A DNA stretch of 64,000 nt, taken from contig JAYWIR010000027.1 in assembly GCA_036172245.1 (NCBI GenBank), positions 2,914,001 to 2,978,000 on the forward strand. Direction: 5' to 3'. The notes beneath the pieces were generated by a model that was not told where the DNA came from, did no database searches, and saw only the letters and a list, made by a program, of their open reading frames with translations. The position numbers were made by a program, and so were the translations under genes. This stretch comes from Raillietiella orientalis. Its lineage: Eukaryota. Below, one piece after another: positions 40,340 to 53,021 of the stretch (position 1 is its first letter; every line of letters starts with the position of its first letter).

Positions 40340-42249
40340 TTTACAATGAAACTGTCGTACCAGTCACTTTAAAGAATGAAAACTGCATCGGCATGTTTTT
40401 GACGTGAGAACTACTTTTGTTTTCAAAACAATCATAATCATCAAAATGAAGTGAATGAAATTCAGCATCCAGTACAAAGCAGAAGCTTTCAGTTAACTAA
40501 TTTAGGAACATGTTGAAAAATGAGTATTCCAATGAATGATGCAATATTTCAACGAGACACCTAGAGAGGAAAAAATGAGTGGATCTACAAAAGCTACAAA
40601 ACCATAAATTTAATACCAATTTGTATGTGTAATTCATAATGATTTCAACACTGTAGACTATTCCTAATGAATTATTGTTCGAGAACCGAAGAAAATATTC
40701 TTCAATGAACTCCCTAAAAAATATTCCACAGAATTATAATTTTCGACCTTTTACCCATTGTGAAAATACGAATTAATTTTAGCAGTCATGTTTCATTTCC
40801 CACTGATTATAAAACAGTTACATACATTGAGTTTGATATTTGAAATGAATATGCATTTTGAAATTTCCTAATGATCTAAAAACCATGCATCGACTCTTCC
40901 TTGGCACCATATTCTTAGTCAACAACAATTATGTATTACGAAAAGCAGAAGTAGGTCAAGACATTGGTAACTTTGCTCTTTCATCCAATCTAGAAGAGTA
41001 AGGTTTGATACTCATTGAAATCTTACTATTAAATGCAAACAATATTCATGATGCTTTAGAGCATACACATGTGCTATTCAAATAATTGCTTGCTAGTTAT
41101 TATCGAATCACTACGACCACCCAAAATAAGTAAGGAAAAACTCATTCTTACAGAGTTATGTTTACTTAGTCCTTTCCTCCATCATACAATGAATGCTATA
41201 GATATCACCAATAATCTCATGTTCTATTCATATAGTAGGTGACGTCTTTCTTGTAGCAGGAGAGAATACTTCAAAAACCCATGTGTTCTTATTATTTAAT
41301 CTTAAAACCGAAGTAATACTCAGCTAGTTGGATTCGAGAATGGAAATTTCGCATCTGACATCAATGTGCTCTAGGCATCGGAATTTTCAATCTTGCTTCT
41401 GTGAGGCATATTGCTCTGTGCTGTGATGGGAAAGGTTTCGATGTTCCGATCAGAATCAGCAGGGCTTTTGCGACTTCCTTCTGAAATCCCTAGTGCTCAA
41501 AGCAAATTAACCCAAAGAACAACTGGATCATCATACTTTATCCCATAAGAAGTCTGTAAGAACTAAATGGACCAAAATTTTCCGGAAGCATTGGCATGAA
41601 TTCTAATGTTCATCATGGACAAACCCATAAGAACCAGCAGATTGCTACAACTCAGAAATAAGCTTTCTTTACTAGTTTGCAAAGTGATGTCTTTATAGAA
41701 ACTGTAATACTACAGAGGGTGTTTGTTTAGTACAATTTGTATCCCTTTTCAGAAAACGTTTGTAACAAATATGTCAAAATAATTGTCGTCAATTTATTGA
41801 AACATTATGAACACTTATAAGCAGATTGTCTTCCAGATTCATACGCATATCTTCAAATGTCTCAAATCTGATTTCCACCTGTATTATTAATTTCAGCTCA
41901 AAATCCTATTTAGCGCTTAAGAGTTACCCATTATTTGATTCCTTAATTATCAATGAACCACTTGGTCATTAAACATGAAAAAACCGCATTGAGGATTATA
42001 GAAGACTATTTTGTATCAACAGAGAAGAGTACTGACACCGGAAAGCGTGCTATTTACTCAGATTTCAATGCTTCGATTCAATTTCAATGTGCAAATTAAT
42101 GAAATACTCAGTTAGAACAATCAGAAAAATCTTCATGAGAATAATTCAACAAGATTTTCAGTATTGCCTTACAAATTTGAACACCTGCAAAGTATCTTAC
42201 AATATAACTAAAAAAAAACACTTTCGAAATCTAGAAACCTTTACAAAAA

Positions 42250-42620
42250 GACACTAAAGACCTTTCATCAAGTATTCAATCTCATATGGTTTGAAAGCAG
42301 CATTTTTCCATAATCGTTTCAACAATTCCGGATAGTATCTCAGAACCTCATTTTTGATTTGCCTTCGTGAAACCGTAGCCTCCAGGCATCCTGTAGACAA
42401 ACCTGCTCTTTTACACATTCTGTACGACATTCTAAAAAACACAATTAAGTACTCCATTATGACATGCACTGATATAAACATACAACTCCATTATTTGCAT
42501 TATTTTTGTTTAGCAAATAATGCATCACGTGCATGCGTGGAACTCTTTTAGTAATTCTTCTTCAATGACGGTTCCAGTAATTTCTACCGCTTCTGATGAT
42601 TTCTTTTTTCCTGTACCTTA
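42250..42620 (-). CDS. Possible coding exons of an unidentified (weakly KChIP/NCS-like) gene or pseudogene
   Basis: Two open segments with plausible splice sites. VLRYYPELLKRLWKNAAFKPYEIEYLMKG loosely resembles KChIP RPEGLEQL..QTxFTxxELQxLYRG. No intact EF-hands found. Confidence 0.25.
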
Positions 42621-43827
42621 TCAAATTTCCTTTGAATATAAATAAATACGGTTACTAGCAGGGTATCTTCTGACAGATCAGAAAACAGCTATGGAAGAAG
42701 GAAACAGTGAGTCTATCTGAATATAATCGTCTCCCATTGTGCAGATATAGGAGAACCATAGATTCCAAACATCCATAAAAAGATCGTTCAAGTTCGTGCA
42801 TTCGTGCACTTTAGTAAACGATCTTCCTTTCAGGTTACAAAACTGCATCAATCATGTCCATCATCAATGACAAATATAAACAATCACAAAAAAGGGAATT
42901 CGAGCGATGAGCATCAGAATGGCCCCGTCGGGAAGACATTCTAGCTGTGGATGGCGTGGGGAGCAGGCGCATTGGCATGGTGCAAGACCTGCTGCCGGGC
43001 AGAGAGGGGAAGCGGTGAAAGGGGGTTCACAGATTGCACGCTGGCTCTCCGAAGGCCTGGGATCTCGGAAATGCAGGAATGCTGCAAGAAGTTGGAATTC
43101 CCAAGAAGAATTTGGTGGAAGTGAACCAACAGATGGTGGCATCCGGTACTTCGGGGATGCTTGCGCAGCTCACGGAATGGCGACAAGCAGCCGGAGAAGC
43201 CGCCGAACAGTCTGCTCTTGGCATACGGAGGCCTGAAAGCGGAAGAATCTACAATGTGAGGAGTGACGAGCGTCCCAGATACGCAGAGGTGGATCCGCTC
43301 CAGAATGTCTGGAGTCCCCCCTTCATCACACCCCCTATAACCTGCTACTTCACTCCAAAAGGAAGCCATGAACTTTGTCACTCCGAAGAAAGAGACGCAA
43401 GGTGGCTATACCCTGAATAACTGAGGCGTCCTCCCCGTGGAGAAACTTGCCAAGTGGCTTGTTTGGAAATCTTGTTCTTGACCGAACGTTCCGGCGTCAG
43501 CAAGAGAAACATTCCCGAGCGCGTCTATCTGTGCAACGGTGTCTGCTGAAAACCGAAATTTCATCCGTTTCCTCGAACAAATTCCCAATTTCATCACCGA
43601 GGATAATCCTCATCGACTGAAAGTTTTCGATGAGAAAGAAAATGAAGAAGGACATCATAAACGTGGGCGAGCTACAGAGAAGCAGGTTAACAAACTGTTG
43701 CCCGGGTTCCTGTGAGCACGTTCTTTCTTTAAGGGAAGGTGGGTTGAGGTTTCCATGGATTTCGTTCTTTGTTTAGCAAACGTGTCCGTGCATCGAGTGC
43801 CAGCAGGAAATTCTGCCTCGTGCCAAG

Positions 43828-44895
43828 ATGAGCGGTTCTCAGGATGCTTTGGTTGTGGAAGACGAGAGCGATTGCTCAGGTGCACCCTTTTGCACTGCCG
43901 AGGCGGAGGAGCGGACCCCAGTAGGGGAGTTGCTGCTTGCCCGCGACAATGTAGACGTTGAGGCGCACCAGCGGGAAGCGTGGGAAACGTTCTCCTCGGT
44001 GTCTTCGTCGTGGTCGACAGGTAGCGACGACAACGCAGGAACGGTTGGTCGACCACGGCGGGACAGAGACGGAGGGACCACCAGCGCCATGTGCGCACGA
44101 AAGTCCGCGCCAAGCCAGGATGTGAGGAACAGCCTGGAGCAGTGGGCTGTCATCGGGGACAGGAGCTGCGCGACGGAGGATGGCAGCAGCGCCAGCGCAG
44201 CTGACCGAACGGCGTCGTCCTGCTGCACCGAATGGACCTTTTTATCAAGCGAAACGGACGGTGGCAGCGGTAGCTCGGTATCTTCGGAGCCGAACGGAGG
44301 CAGCGTCAGCGCATGGGATCCGTGGACCAGCAACGTGAGCGACGTCCCGTTGCTGGATTCTTACCGTGGTCAAGGCGACGCACCGGGAGACGACTTCACA
44401 GCCGACTGGACGTATTTCACGTCCGGCATGGCTGAAGCGAAGTGGGACGTGGCGTGCGGCCTGGACGACGACGGTGCGGCGCGGGAGACAGCAGCGGCGG
44501 TGTCGGCACCGGTGCAGGAGGCGCCTGCTTCCGACGGTGGACCTGGAGAAGGATGCGAGCGCAGTGTTTCGAACGAAGGCAGCAGCTGCGCGGCGGCGGC
44601 AGGCGACAGCGGCGGCACGGACGACGGCAGCGCCAGCCTGGGCGGAGGCTGCGTTGCTGCAGTTCGCTCCGCTGCGCCCTCTTCGTGCCCGGTTGCCGCC
44701 AGCGGGACGAGCAGCAGCTCGTCCAGCGGACTCGCAGTCCCTGGCAGCGAACGAAAGCTCTGCAGTTCGGCTGCTGGCGCACGCATGGACCGGCTGGGAG
44801 ACAGGCCGCCAGCTCGCCAATTCGGCGCGCGGGCCAGCGTGCTCCGGTTTTTCCGGTCGCTGCTTTGCTGCGTCTCCCCGGCTGCCGCTCGATGA
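43828..44895 (+). CDS. Probable single-exon orphan protein, Ser/Gly/Asp-rich and disordered, with a C-terminal FFRSLLCCV motif
   Basis: 355-codon ATG-to-TGA ORF with AATAAA about 20 nt after the stop. Spaced Trp motifs and a terminal amphipathic/dicysteine segment. The high GC content could inflate ORF length. Confidence 0.55.
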   Translation: MSGSQDALVVEDESDCSGAPFCTAEAEERTPVGELLLARDNVDVEAHQREAWETFSSVSSSWSTGSDDNAGTVGRPRRDRDGGTTSAMCARKSAPSQDVRNSLEQWAVIGDRSCATEDGSSASAADRTASSCCTEWTFLSSETDGGSGSSVSSEPNGGSVSAWDPWTSNVSDVPLLDSYRGQGDAPGDDFTADWTYFTSGMAEAKWDVACGLDDDGAARETAAAVSAPVQEAPASDGGPGEGCERSVSNEGSSCAAAAGDSGGTDDGSASLGGGCVAAVRSAAPSSCPVAASGTSSSSSSGLAVPGSERKLCSSAAGARMDRLGDRPPARQFGARASVLRFFRSLLCCVSPAAAR

Positions 44896-47073
44896 GCGCC
44901 GGAATCGAAAAATTGAATAAAAGTGTGCGTGTTCACCATTTGCTATCCCTGAATGGTTAGGCTGGGAAAAGCAGATGAAACGGTTGCGTTGGTTCAAGTG
45001 TGCGTGGCCAATGGATGACAGAGAAACCAGGTTTCGACTGCGCAGGCATACCAGAACCACATCAGCATTCGTGCTCACACCCATCTTTCCGGCAGTCGTA
45101 AAGGGTGCGGGTTTTCCAAACTGAGAACGAAGTCATTTCGTATGGGTCGCGTCATGTTTGGCTAGAAAAAGCCTTGTGGCACGTGAGAACGAAGCTTGGA
45201 TTTGCCACTTGGCGATGACATGAACTCCACAATCGATCGAATGGATGTGCACTCAGCGTGCGCGTGCAAACGGAATGCACGTTTCGGAGGATGGCAATTG
45301 CTGAGAGCGCTTCCACTCGCAATGGAAATCGCGCCTTCTACCGAGTTGTACGGTGCTGAAAGTCACTCGGCACCGAATGCGTATTTCCTGAGGAAAGGTA
45401 TTCGTTCTTCTAGTGAAAGTGCGTGCATCGGGGGAAACGGTTTTGTGTGAGTTGGACGGCAACAGTTGAATGCACTCCCGAAACGCGTGGTAGGGAATTT
45501 CTGGAAACACAAATTGGTGTCAACCCTTGTGAAGCGGATGAGAACTAGCAATGGCATCTCGGAAAAGTGGTTGCTTCGGAATATCTGTTGTTTTCATCTG
45601 GAATGGGAATTCTTGAAGATGTCTTTGCAAGAAGGACTGGAGCTTTTCTTCTGTTTCCTGGATTTTTTCTGAATGTTGCCCGCGTGGACCGCGTCCATCA
45701 CGAACAAGCGGATCTCGGAAATGGTAAGCAGGAAGGACGAGAGAGAGCATCGGGATTTGCAAAGATGCATGAGTACGTTGACCAGCTGTCACAACGGACT
45801 TTTCCACGATCCATTCATTCAGAGTTGCCTTGAACACGAGTCTGCCTCAGTTTTCCGGTTTTCCCAAGCAAAATGGGTCCGTTGCTCCGTTCCATGCCAT
45901 CTCGAGTTCCCAACCCTTCCTCCATTGTGATCTCTTTGTGAATGACAAGGTTTCTCCATTCCCGCATCAGCACTTTCTCCTTTTTGGGGAAGAATGATGT
46001 TGCGAGTGCCGTTCCTGTCCAATGTGCCAATGTGTCGCGTCGTAAAGGAGAGACGCGAAAACTGGAACTACCCTGTGAACTGGCGGGACAGAAGAAAGCA
46101 ACGCGCGCATGCTGAAAAACCGGGAATCACAATCACACGTATGGAATGGCGTCCTTTCGGGATGGATTGCGAAAATGATGCACGCAAGCACGGTGCATCT
46201 GTTCACAAGAATCTCAGGCACGCGAGCCAATGCTGCAAAGTCGAAAAAGTGGGAAGACGAAGGAAGGCAAATGCGACTGCTTTCCACGGTGAGCAGGAGG
46301 TGCAGGTGAATTTCGGGATTCGTTTTGCACACTTCGTTCCGCTAACGCGTATCCATCGCACTTCAGTTGTCAGAGTGAAAGGCTCCATTGAGAATACGAA
46401 ACGCACGCTGCATGCACCGATTCGTTCCTCTTCTCAGCTCCATTGCCAACATTCATTTCCGCAAGCGGAAAAGTACAGGAATGGGCCATCGCCCCTGCCG
46501 ACACGAATTCAGATGCTCAAGTAGTGTTTCCGAACACGATGAACGCATACGTAGGAACATGGGAATCGCGTCGTGGAGTGGAATTTCCAATGCCTATCGA
46601 ATTTTCCCTAGTCCCACAAGGGGTGGGGTAAATTTATTTATCTTTTTCGCTACAAATGGCTCGTACATTTATAAAGAATCCAGGAAGGGCTCAAAGTCCG
46701 TTCCTCTCACGCTTGGGGGAGAGATCCCCCCCGGACGGGGGGACTGCACTTCCACCCTAGTTGTCTTCGAAGGAAAAAAAAAATCTCCTCCCTCATCCTC
46801 TCCGGAGGGACGTCATCCTTACGGGGGGTGGTCCTCTCCATTTCAACTTCTCTGAATGGATCCCTAACAGGGTCCACTTCTCTGGAGGGTGTCCGCAAGG
46901 GAACCACTCCTGTTTACTCCTCTGAAGTGAACCCCAAAAGGACACTTCCAAAACTAAAAAGAGCGCTGCAGCTTTCCTCAAGGGATCGCTTTTGCTTGCT
47001 TCTTTGTGTGCACATTCTGTAAGGCGGCAACGACCATGGGGCGTTCACTCCTTCAGAAGATCCTCTTGTTTTT

Positions 47074-50000
47074 CTAGGGAATATTGGTTGAGTTCGTTGC
47101 CTGGGTGTCGTCTTCAATCCTTTTGAGGATATAGCGGTACGTCCAGGCCGGCACTCTTCCGCAATTCCTGATTCTGATTTCTTTTAGTATTAACCTTTTC
47201 AAAATTACCATTGGAGAAGGGGCTATTCTAGCGTTTTTCATTTTCCACCACCGCACCAGTATGGCGGTGATGAAAAGAGCAATGGTCGTTCTTACCATAG
47301 GGTTGTAGTTAGGGACGTTTCCTTCTCCCTGAAACATCCCTGCAAGTATTTCCATTATTGTACTAGTTGTACGTCCTATGATCCTTTTTAGGATCAGCCA
47401 ATCTCGGATTAATGTGGGACAAGTTAAGACATGTAGTCTCGTATCAATGTCCCCACATGCCATACAATCTTCATCTTCACGTCTTCCCGTATAGTACTTT
47501 ACTCTGGACCCGCTCAGGATTCCTCCGTGATAGAACATCAGGAAATTATCCTGGGTGTCCGGCGGTAGGTCACTTCTCCAAAGAGTTGTGCCGATTGCTA
47601 CCAGGTTGATCGTATCGCTCTCGTAGCGCTGGGCCGCTTCTTGGAGGGGACTGGTATCTTGATCTTCTTCAATCGTTTTTTTGAGGTTCTGTTTGTTCAT
47701 CCTGGACCAGGCGAGATCCTTGTAATTTTTCCACACTTCACGTGTCCTATGGGTGAATTTTCCCACCATCATCTCTATATACTGAAGTATACGGTATGGG
47801 TCTCCTCCTTTTCTCCATTCTTGAATTTGCTGTATAGTGACTCTTGGCCTCCGGTATATCTAGCTTCTGGTGTCCGAGGGCACCTGAAACATCCAGGGAA
47901 TCACCAAGATGGATTCTGCTTGCCAGAGTTCCTTGCTTCTAGGAACAATCTTCAGCTGGTGCTTTTTCACCAATTGTTGCTTCCTCCTCCAAGTGGGATC
48001 TATGGTGACCCACTCTCCTACTCGGCCTAACAATGCAGTCATCAGGCCTTTCGAGCTATTTAGTAGCATCGAATAGGCCCTATGAGCTGCATATGGCCAG
48101 TCATCCCAGTGGGCAGCGATGTCCAGGATGTGTCGCGCATCCATTATTTCTATGGAATGCGTCAGCCACTTCATCCCGGAACCGCCCTCCTCTTTAGAGC
48201 GACACAAGGGTTTTAACCTCACCCTTGGGTGATATGTTCCCTATAGTGTCTTGCGTTGCAGTTCTACTTCCTTTATGGTATCTTGGTTTGTTTTGGCGAA
48301 GGCGGCTCCAAAGAGTATCTTGGGAAGGAGTACTCCGTTCCAGAGATTTGCCCTCTTCTTCATGCTGAAGTCCACTCTACTATATTTTATTGCTTCATTT
48401 GCTGTTTTTCCTAGAATTTGCGTCCACAGTAGTTTCGACGCCGACTCGTCGCCGATGTGGACTCCTAAATACTTAGCATTATCGACTATTCGGAATCCTC
48501 TTCCGGTGAGAATGGATAGATCCAGGATTCCTATCGGCAGCAGTTGACTTTTCTGGGCGTTTATCTTCAAGTCCAACCCCTTTTCCAACATCTCCACCAC
48601 ATGCAGGAACGCATACTGGTCTCGTTCTTCCTTAATGAGGAAGAGGAGATCGTCCGCGTATGCCAGATGGGTGAGCTTCTGGTCATCGATGGTGATTCCT
48701 CGAAGATGTCCACTTTTTTCGATGAAGGACAATAGCGCCTCCATATAAATTACGAACAGCATTGGACTTAGCGAGTCGCCCTGACGGACTCCCCGTTCCA
48801 TCCGTATGGCTGCCGTTTTTTCTCCATTGATTTTAATTCGAAAAAATTGTTTCTGAAGTATCATTTTCACAAAGCTGCCAAAGTATTCCGGAAGACCCAG
48901 TTTTTCCAGAATTTTTAGTAGCATGTCGTGGTCGATGGTATCAAATGCCTTCTCCATATCGGTGAACACTAGCATCAGGTTTTCTCCGATGTGTCGGCTT
49001 AGTCCCACGATGGCTTGGGCACACTTAACATTGTCCGACATGTGACGTCCTGGGACTGCACATGTCTGGATCGGGGAGATAAGTTTTGGCATAACTTTGC
49101 CTAAACGGTTGGCCCACATTTTTGCCAACCATTTCGCATCAGAGTTTAGGATCGAGATTGGCCTCCATTGAGCGACCTGCGTTAGGTCGCCTCCTTTTGG
49201 CAGTAATCTCATCCTGCTCTCGTAGAAGGTTTCGAGTAATTGTCCTTCCTCTCGAATGCGTACTGTTAGTTGGTGAAATAGGCGCTGGTAGGCGTGCAGG
49301 TACCGCTGGTAGTGCGTGATGGGAACACTATCAGGGCCTGCTGCCACATCCTTGCGTAGTTCTTGGAACGCAGTTTTCACTTCTTGTTCTATAAAGTCCT
49401 CCTCCAGCCTCTTCCAGTGGGTTTCGTTCGTCTTTTTTCCAATGTATTTTAGGAACATACTTTTGTTTGCTCCACTTATATGCTGTTGTCGAAAATGTTC
49501 CGTATAATGCTTCTGAAAGGCATCCACGATATCTTCCGTTGTATTTCTGGTGTATCCATATTGTATACTGAAGATGTCTATCTCTAGGTTTTGCTTTTCT
49601 TGGATACCTATCTCTCCTTTTGTGTTTCGAAACACGTACCGTCTCTCATATTGTTTGTAATATTTTGAGAGTGAGCGGTCTTGGATATTTACGCTTCTTG
49701 CCTCAACCTTTTGTCTCCGTATTGCATATTGCTAAATAGGTGGATCCTATGTTTTAAGCTGTCCCAGTCGGCGACTCTGCGGATAACTGCATCTCGCAGT
49801 ATCGCCTCAATGACCTCTTGATGACAGGGAAGTGTTTCGAACCAGGTCGGCATACACATCAGCGCCGGCCTGGTTCCCTTACTTTGTCGAGGGTTTTCAG
49901 TCCGTAGAGCAAATCGTATCAATGGATGGTCAGACAGCAAAGTTTGCACGTCTCGAAAACCTTGTATGCGGTTTTCAATTTCTGTGCTATACAAGATATG

Positions 50001-50567
50001 GTCGATCGGCTTGTGACTAGCTGTTCGCCACCGTAGTCCAAAAGCATCGGACAGCCGCTGATATGCTCTTCTTCCTCTACCCTCTTGGGGGTAAATGTTT
50101 TCCTTGCGGATGTTTAGATCTCCCATGATCAGAATTATGTCTTTTGCTGTGGCTCTTTCACGGAGTGCTTCATGCAAGATTTCCGCACACTGGTGTTTTA
50201 GTTCGTGTGGTCCGTATACGTTCACCAAAAACAGATGAACGTTTGCGGACCAGGCTAGTCGGACTCCGATGATTCTTCCTGGCATTGGGCAGAAGGTTTC
50301 CCAAATGGTGTGGGCGAATTCATTTTTGATGAAAATCGCAACTCCCATGGTTTTCTTCTGTCCTTCGCTGACGAATATTTGTCCATTCAATGTTCGTTCT
50401 AGCTCAAAGGTAATTTGTCGTCCCATCTGGTGTGTTTCTTGCAGGCATATGATGTCTTGTTTGACGATTTTCCGCATAATCCTCTTTCTTTTTCCTTGGT
50501 CGGTTAGACCGTTTATATTCCATGACGTGATATTAAATTTCCAGTTAGTTGATAAAAACGTGGCCAT
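47074..50567 (-). pseudogene. LINE ORF2: APE endonuclease, reverse transcriptase and zf-RVT, split into 4 ORF pieces
   Basis: ITSWNINGL, DIICLQETH, VNVYGP, MGDLN, IDHIL, LSDH; AAGPDS, WRPISILNSDAK, DMEKAFDTIDH, GVRQGDSLSP, YADD, KYLG, KEEGG and CMAC...HVLTC. Confidence 0.92.
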
Positions 50568-50569
50568 AA

Positions 50570-51400
50570 GTTGTGTGGTTTTGTTATTGTTTTCTTATTT
50601 TCCTGGTCTTTTTCTGCCGTGGCGAAACCTTCTTTTTCCCTACGGGCTCGGGTTTCTCACTTCCCGCATCGCTTTCTGTGCCTGTGAGGTCGGTGGTTTC
50701 TGTGCCCTGTTCCGGCTTTTCATCGGCACTGTCCGGAAGTTTCTCCAAACTTACTTATGCACAGTATTCTGCTTTTACTTTGAGAAGCTTGTTTTCCAGC
50801 TTCTCACGGTGGGTTGTTTCTACCGTTCTGTTGATGTCGTCTTGTAGTTTGCAGAAACATCCGAGTAATCGTTCCTGCTCTTTCTTTTCTTTGATGTTCC
50901 CTTGTTGAACCTCTTCCGTTCCAATTTTTCCAGCTCTTCGGTAACCTGTAGGGTTTCCTCCGTTATCGTAACACTTTCTATTTCTATGCTCTCATTATCT
51001 TCTTTGTCCGCCATCTCGCCTTCTTCTGCTACTTCTTTTACTTCCTCCTTCTCTTCAAGAACTTCCTGTTCTCTCGGGAGTATTTTCCTTCTCCCTTTCC
51101 TTATTACTTCTATAAAACCGTCTTCCGACACACTCGGGACTACGCCCTTCTTCCTCACCTTCTCTGCAACTACCTCTTTTTTTCCAATGCCTATCGATGT
51201 GCGCTTTGGAAGGGGTGCATTGCCTGCCATAGTGTGCGCTTCGAATGTCTACGAGCAACACGTGTGTTGATGAGCACACTTCCTTGTAATGGATTTCCTC
51301 CTTCACGAGAACGCATGACATTCGGAAAGCAATCTGCCGAGAATGGAAAGCAACGTTTTCCACGGATCGAAATGCGATTTTGCAGACTCTCTTGAATGCA
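50570..51400 (-). pseudogene. LINE ORF1 remnant (degenerate zinc knuckles and charged tail)
   Basis: HYKEVC and HYGRQC (Hx4C halves of CCHC), EDGFIEVIRKGRRK and an E/K-rich coil directly upstream of the ORF2 ATG. Frameshifted. Confidence 0.6.
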
Positions 51401-51449
51401 TGGGAAGAGGAGCTGCTTTTGCCGTTGCATTGGGGATTTGCTTGCGGAG

Positions 51450-52575
51450 GAGAGCTCCCTCTTCGTTTCCGGGGGAGCTGACTGGCCCCACCGTCGAAGG
51501 TGTGGAGCAGTGGAATCGGTTGTGCACATGCTCTTCGAGTGCGGTGCCGTGCCAAAGACCGTGGCGAAGGCTGCCTGGAGCGCTCCTGCGCCTGTGGGAG
51601 ACCACCACGTACGTCATGCATGGCTTCATCACGCGCAGCGGCGTGGTCATCGCGGCGATCAGTTGTATGCGGGCCATCGTCATGGACCGCCACGTATTTA
51701 AGTGGCGAGTGGGAGACCCAAGGAGGGGACCGGGAACATCGAAGCCGCCAGCATGAAGACGGCAGCTAAGTGGCCTCATGTCAACGAAGAAGCAAGGAAG
51801 GAGACGGCCAGCATCTAGCGGCCGTTCCGAAACGATGGATCAGCCGAATGGAAAGGCGCTTGTCGGTTCGTTCGGCCTTTTTCTCGTTTGTATTTTGTAT
51901 CTTTCTTTCTTTGCGGGTGCTTTTTCCCGTCCCGAGGGCTGCCCGACACGCAGGTCGGGCAGCCCTTTCTTTGAACTTTTCATTTCTTAGTCTGGTTACT
52001 CTGTTCCTAGGTGGTTCGTTCACCTTTGGCAGGACAAACGCGCCGGCGCAACGGGGCGGAATTCAGAAACCACCCGCCAGTCACCACGCGACCTTCGCGG
52101 AAGAAGAGGTTGCTTCGCAGGAGAGGGACTCTCCTGGGGAGACGTCATCGGTGAAAAGGACGGCTCCTGGACAATGGTGAGCTGGAAGGCGAGCGTCGAC
52201 GGGAGCGCCTTCAAGAGCGCACCAGCAAACGTACCGCATGCGCCAGGAACGCGCGAAACCCTTGCGCCTCAAGCGGAGGACAGGTGGTGGCGCGCCGTTG
52301 TCCACGGCCTTCGCGGAAAAGCGAAATCGTACGAGGACGTCGCCCGTGGCGGCGCATCCTCCCCGATTCGCCAAGTCGCCAAGCAACTGTTCACAATGGC
52401 GGGCGGCCGTCGGCCGATTGCACGAACGGACGAGCAAGGAGGAAGAAGAGGTGCAGCGGAAGACATTGTGGAAACAGTGGAAGCCGCGGGTCAGGCTGAC
52501 CCTGTTGTGCCGACGGCGACAGCCAGGTGGAACCGCGATGAAGTGGCTGCGGCGATCTGCTGGACGTCCTCATCC
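51450..52575 (+). mobile_element. GC-rich L1/Tx1-like relic: ORF2 C-terminus, spacer and ORF1-like start
   Basis: zf-RVT-like RCGAVESVVHMLFEC, then FITRSGVVIAAISCMRAIVMDRHV and TAAKWPHVNEE, a T-rich spacer with a hairpin (51935-51966), then KSYEDVA (SYAxV-like ORF1 motif). Confidence 0.6.
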
Positions 52576-52708
52576 GTCCTCATATGTTTGTATAATAATC
52601 ATTTATTATTAATATATAATATATCACCTTTTAATTAATTGGATGAATTAAATTCTTAAGATGTTTTTAATATTAATGAAGTCAATTTAAAATTTATTTC
52701 TCTTAAAA

Positions 52709-52762
52709 AAAGAAATAGTTTAATAGAATATTTTGTTTACATCAAAAAGGAAAATTTCTTTT
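52709..52762 (+). tRNA. trnV: mt tRNA-Val(UAC), T-armless (NUMT copy)
   Basis: Acceptor AAAGAAA/TTTCTTT; anticodon stem TTTTG/CAAAA; loop TTTACAT. Confidence 0.75.
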
Positions 52763-52769
52763 AATTAAA

Positions 52770-52831
52770 ACTAACATGACAGAAATATATGTATTAAATT
52801 CAGGATTTAATTATGCTGGAAGCTGTTGGTA
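52770..52831 (+). tRNA. trnL1: mt tRNA-Leu(CUN) (NUMT copy; anticodon reads CAG)
   Basis: Acceptor ACTAACA/TGTTGGT; TGACAGA resembles the TGGCAGA D-region; stem TTAAA/TTTAA; loop TTCAGGA. Confidence 0.65.
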
Positions 52832-53020
52832 ATAATTTTTAGATGTAATTTAGTATTAGTTAAAATGATGAAGTATATACAAATTTTTAAAACAATATGT
52901 AGTATTTAATTTTAATTATAAGGAAAAATTGAATTGGTAATTATTTAAAATTTTGTTAATGTGCGTGCCAGCAATAGCGGTTAACCGTAAAAGTTAAATT
53001 AATATTAATGTTTTATTAAT
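52832..53020 (+). rRNA. rrnS: mt 12S rRNA 5' fragment (NUMT)
   Basis: Conserved GTGCCAGCAATAGCGGTTAA at ~52965-52984. Truncated at the junction with cob. Confidence 0.8.
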
Positions 53021-53021
53021 G

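Larger units (their letters stand above)
46630..51400 (-). mobile_element. Near full-length L1/Tx1-clade non-LTR retrotransposon, disrupted
   Basis: ORF1 remnant, then APE-RT ORF2, then about 440 nt of 3'UTR ending in minus-strand AATAAA (~46633-46638). No TSD identified. Confidence 0.88.

Noticed and set aside
43034..43420. 128-aa ORF as a gene
   Set aside because: No recognisable domain or splice structure, and a non-ATG start; cannot be supported.
51935..51975. Bacterial intrinsic terminator or bacterial HGT
   Set aside because: Lies inside a eukaryotic LINE spacer, and no bacterial genes, operons or CRISPR arrays are visible in the window.
52580..52705. 3' end of 16S rRNA
   Set aside because: No conserved 16S motif recognised; it could equally be control-region DNA.
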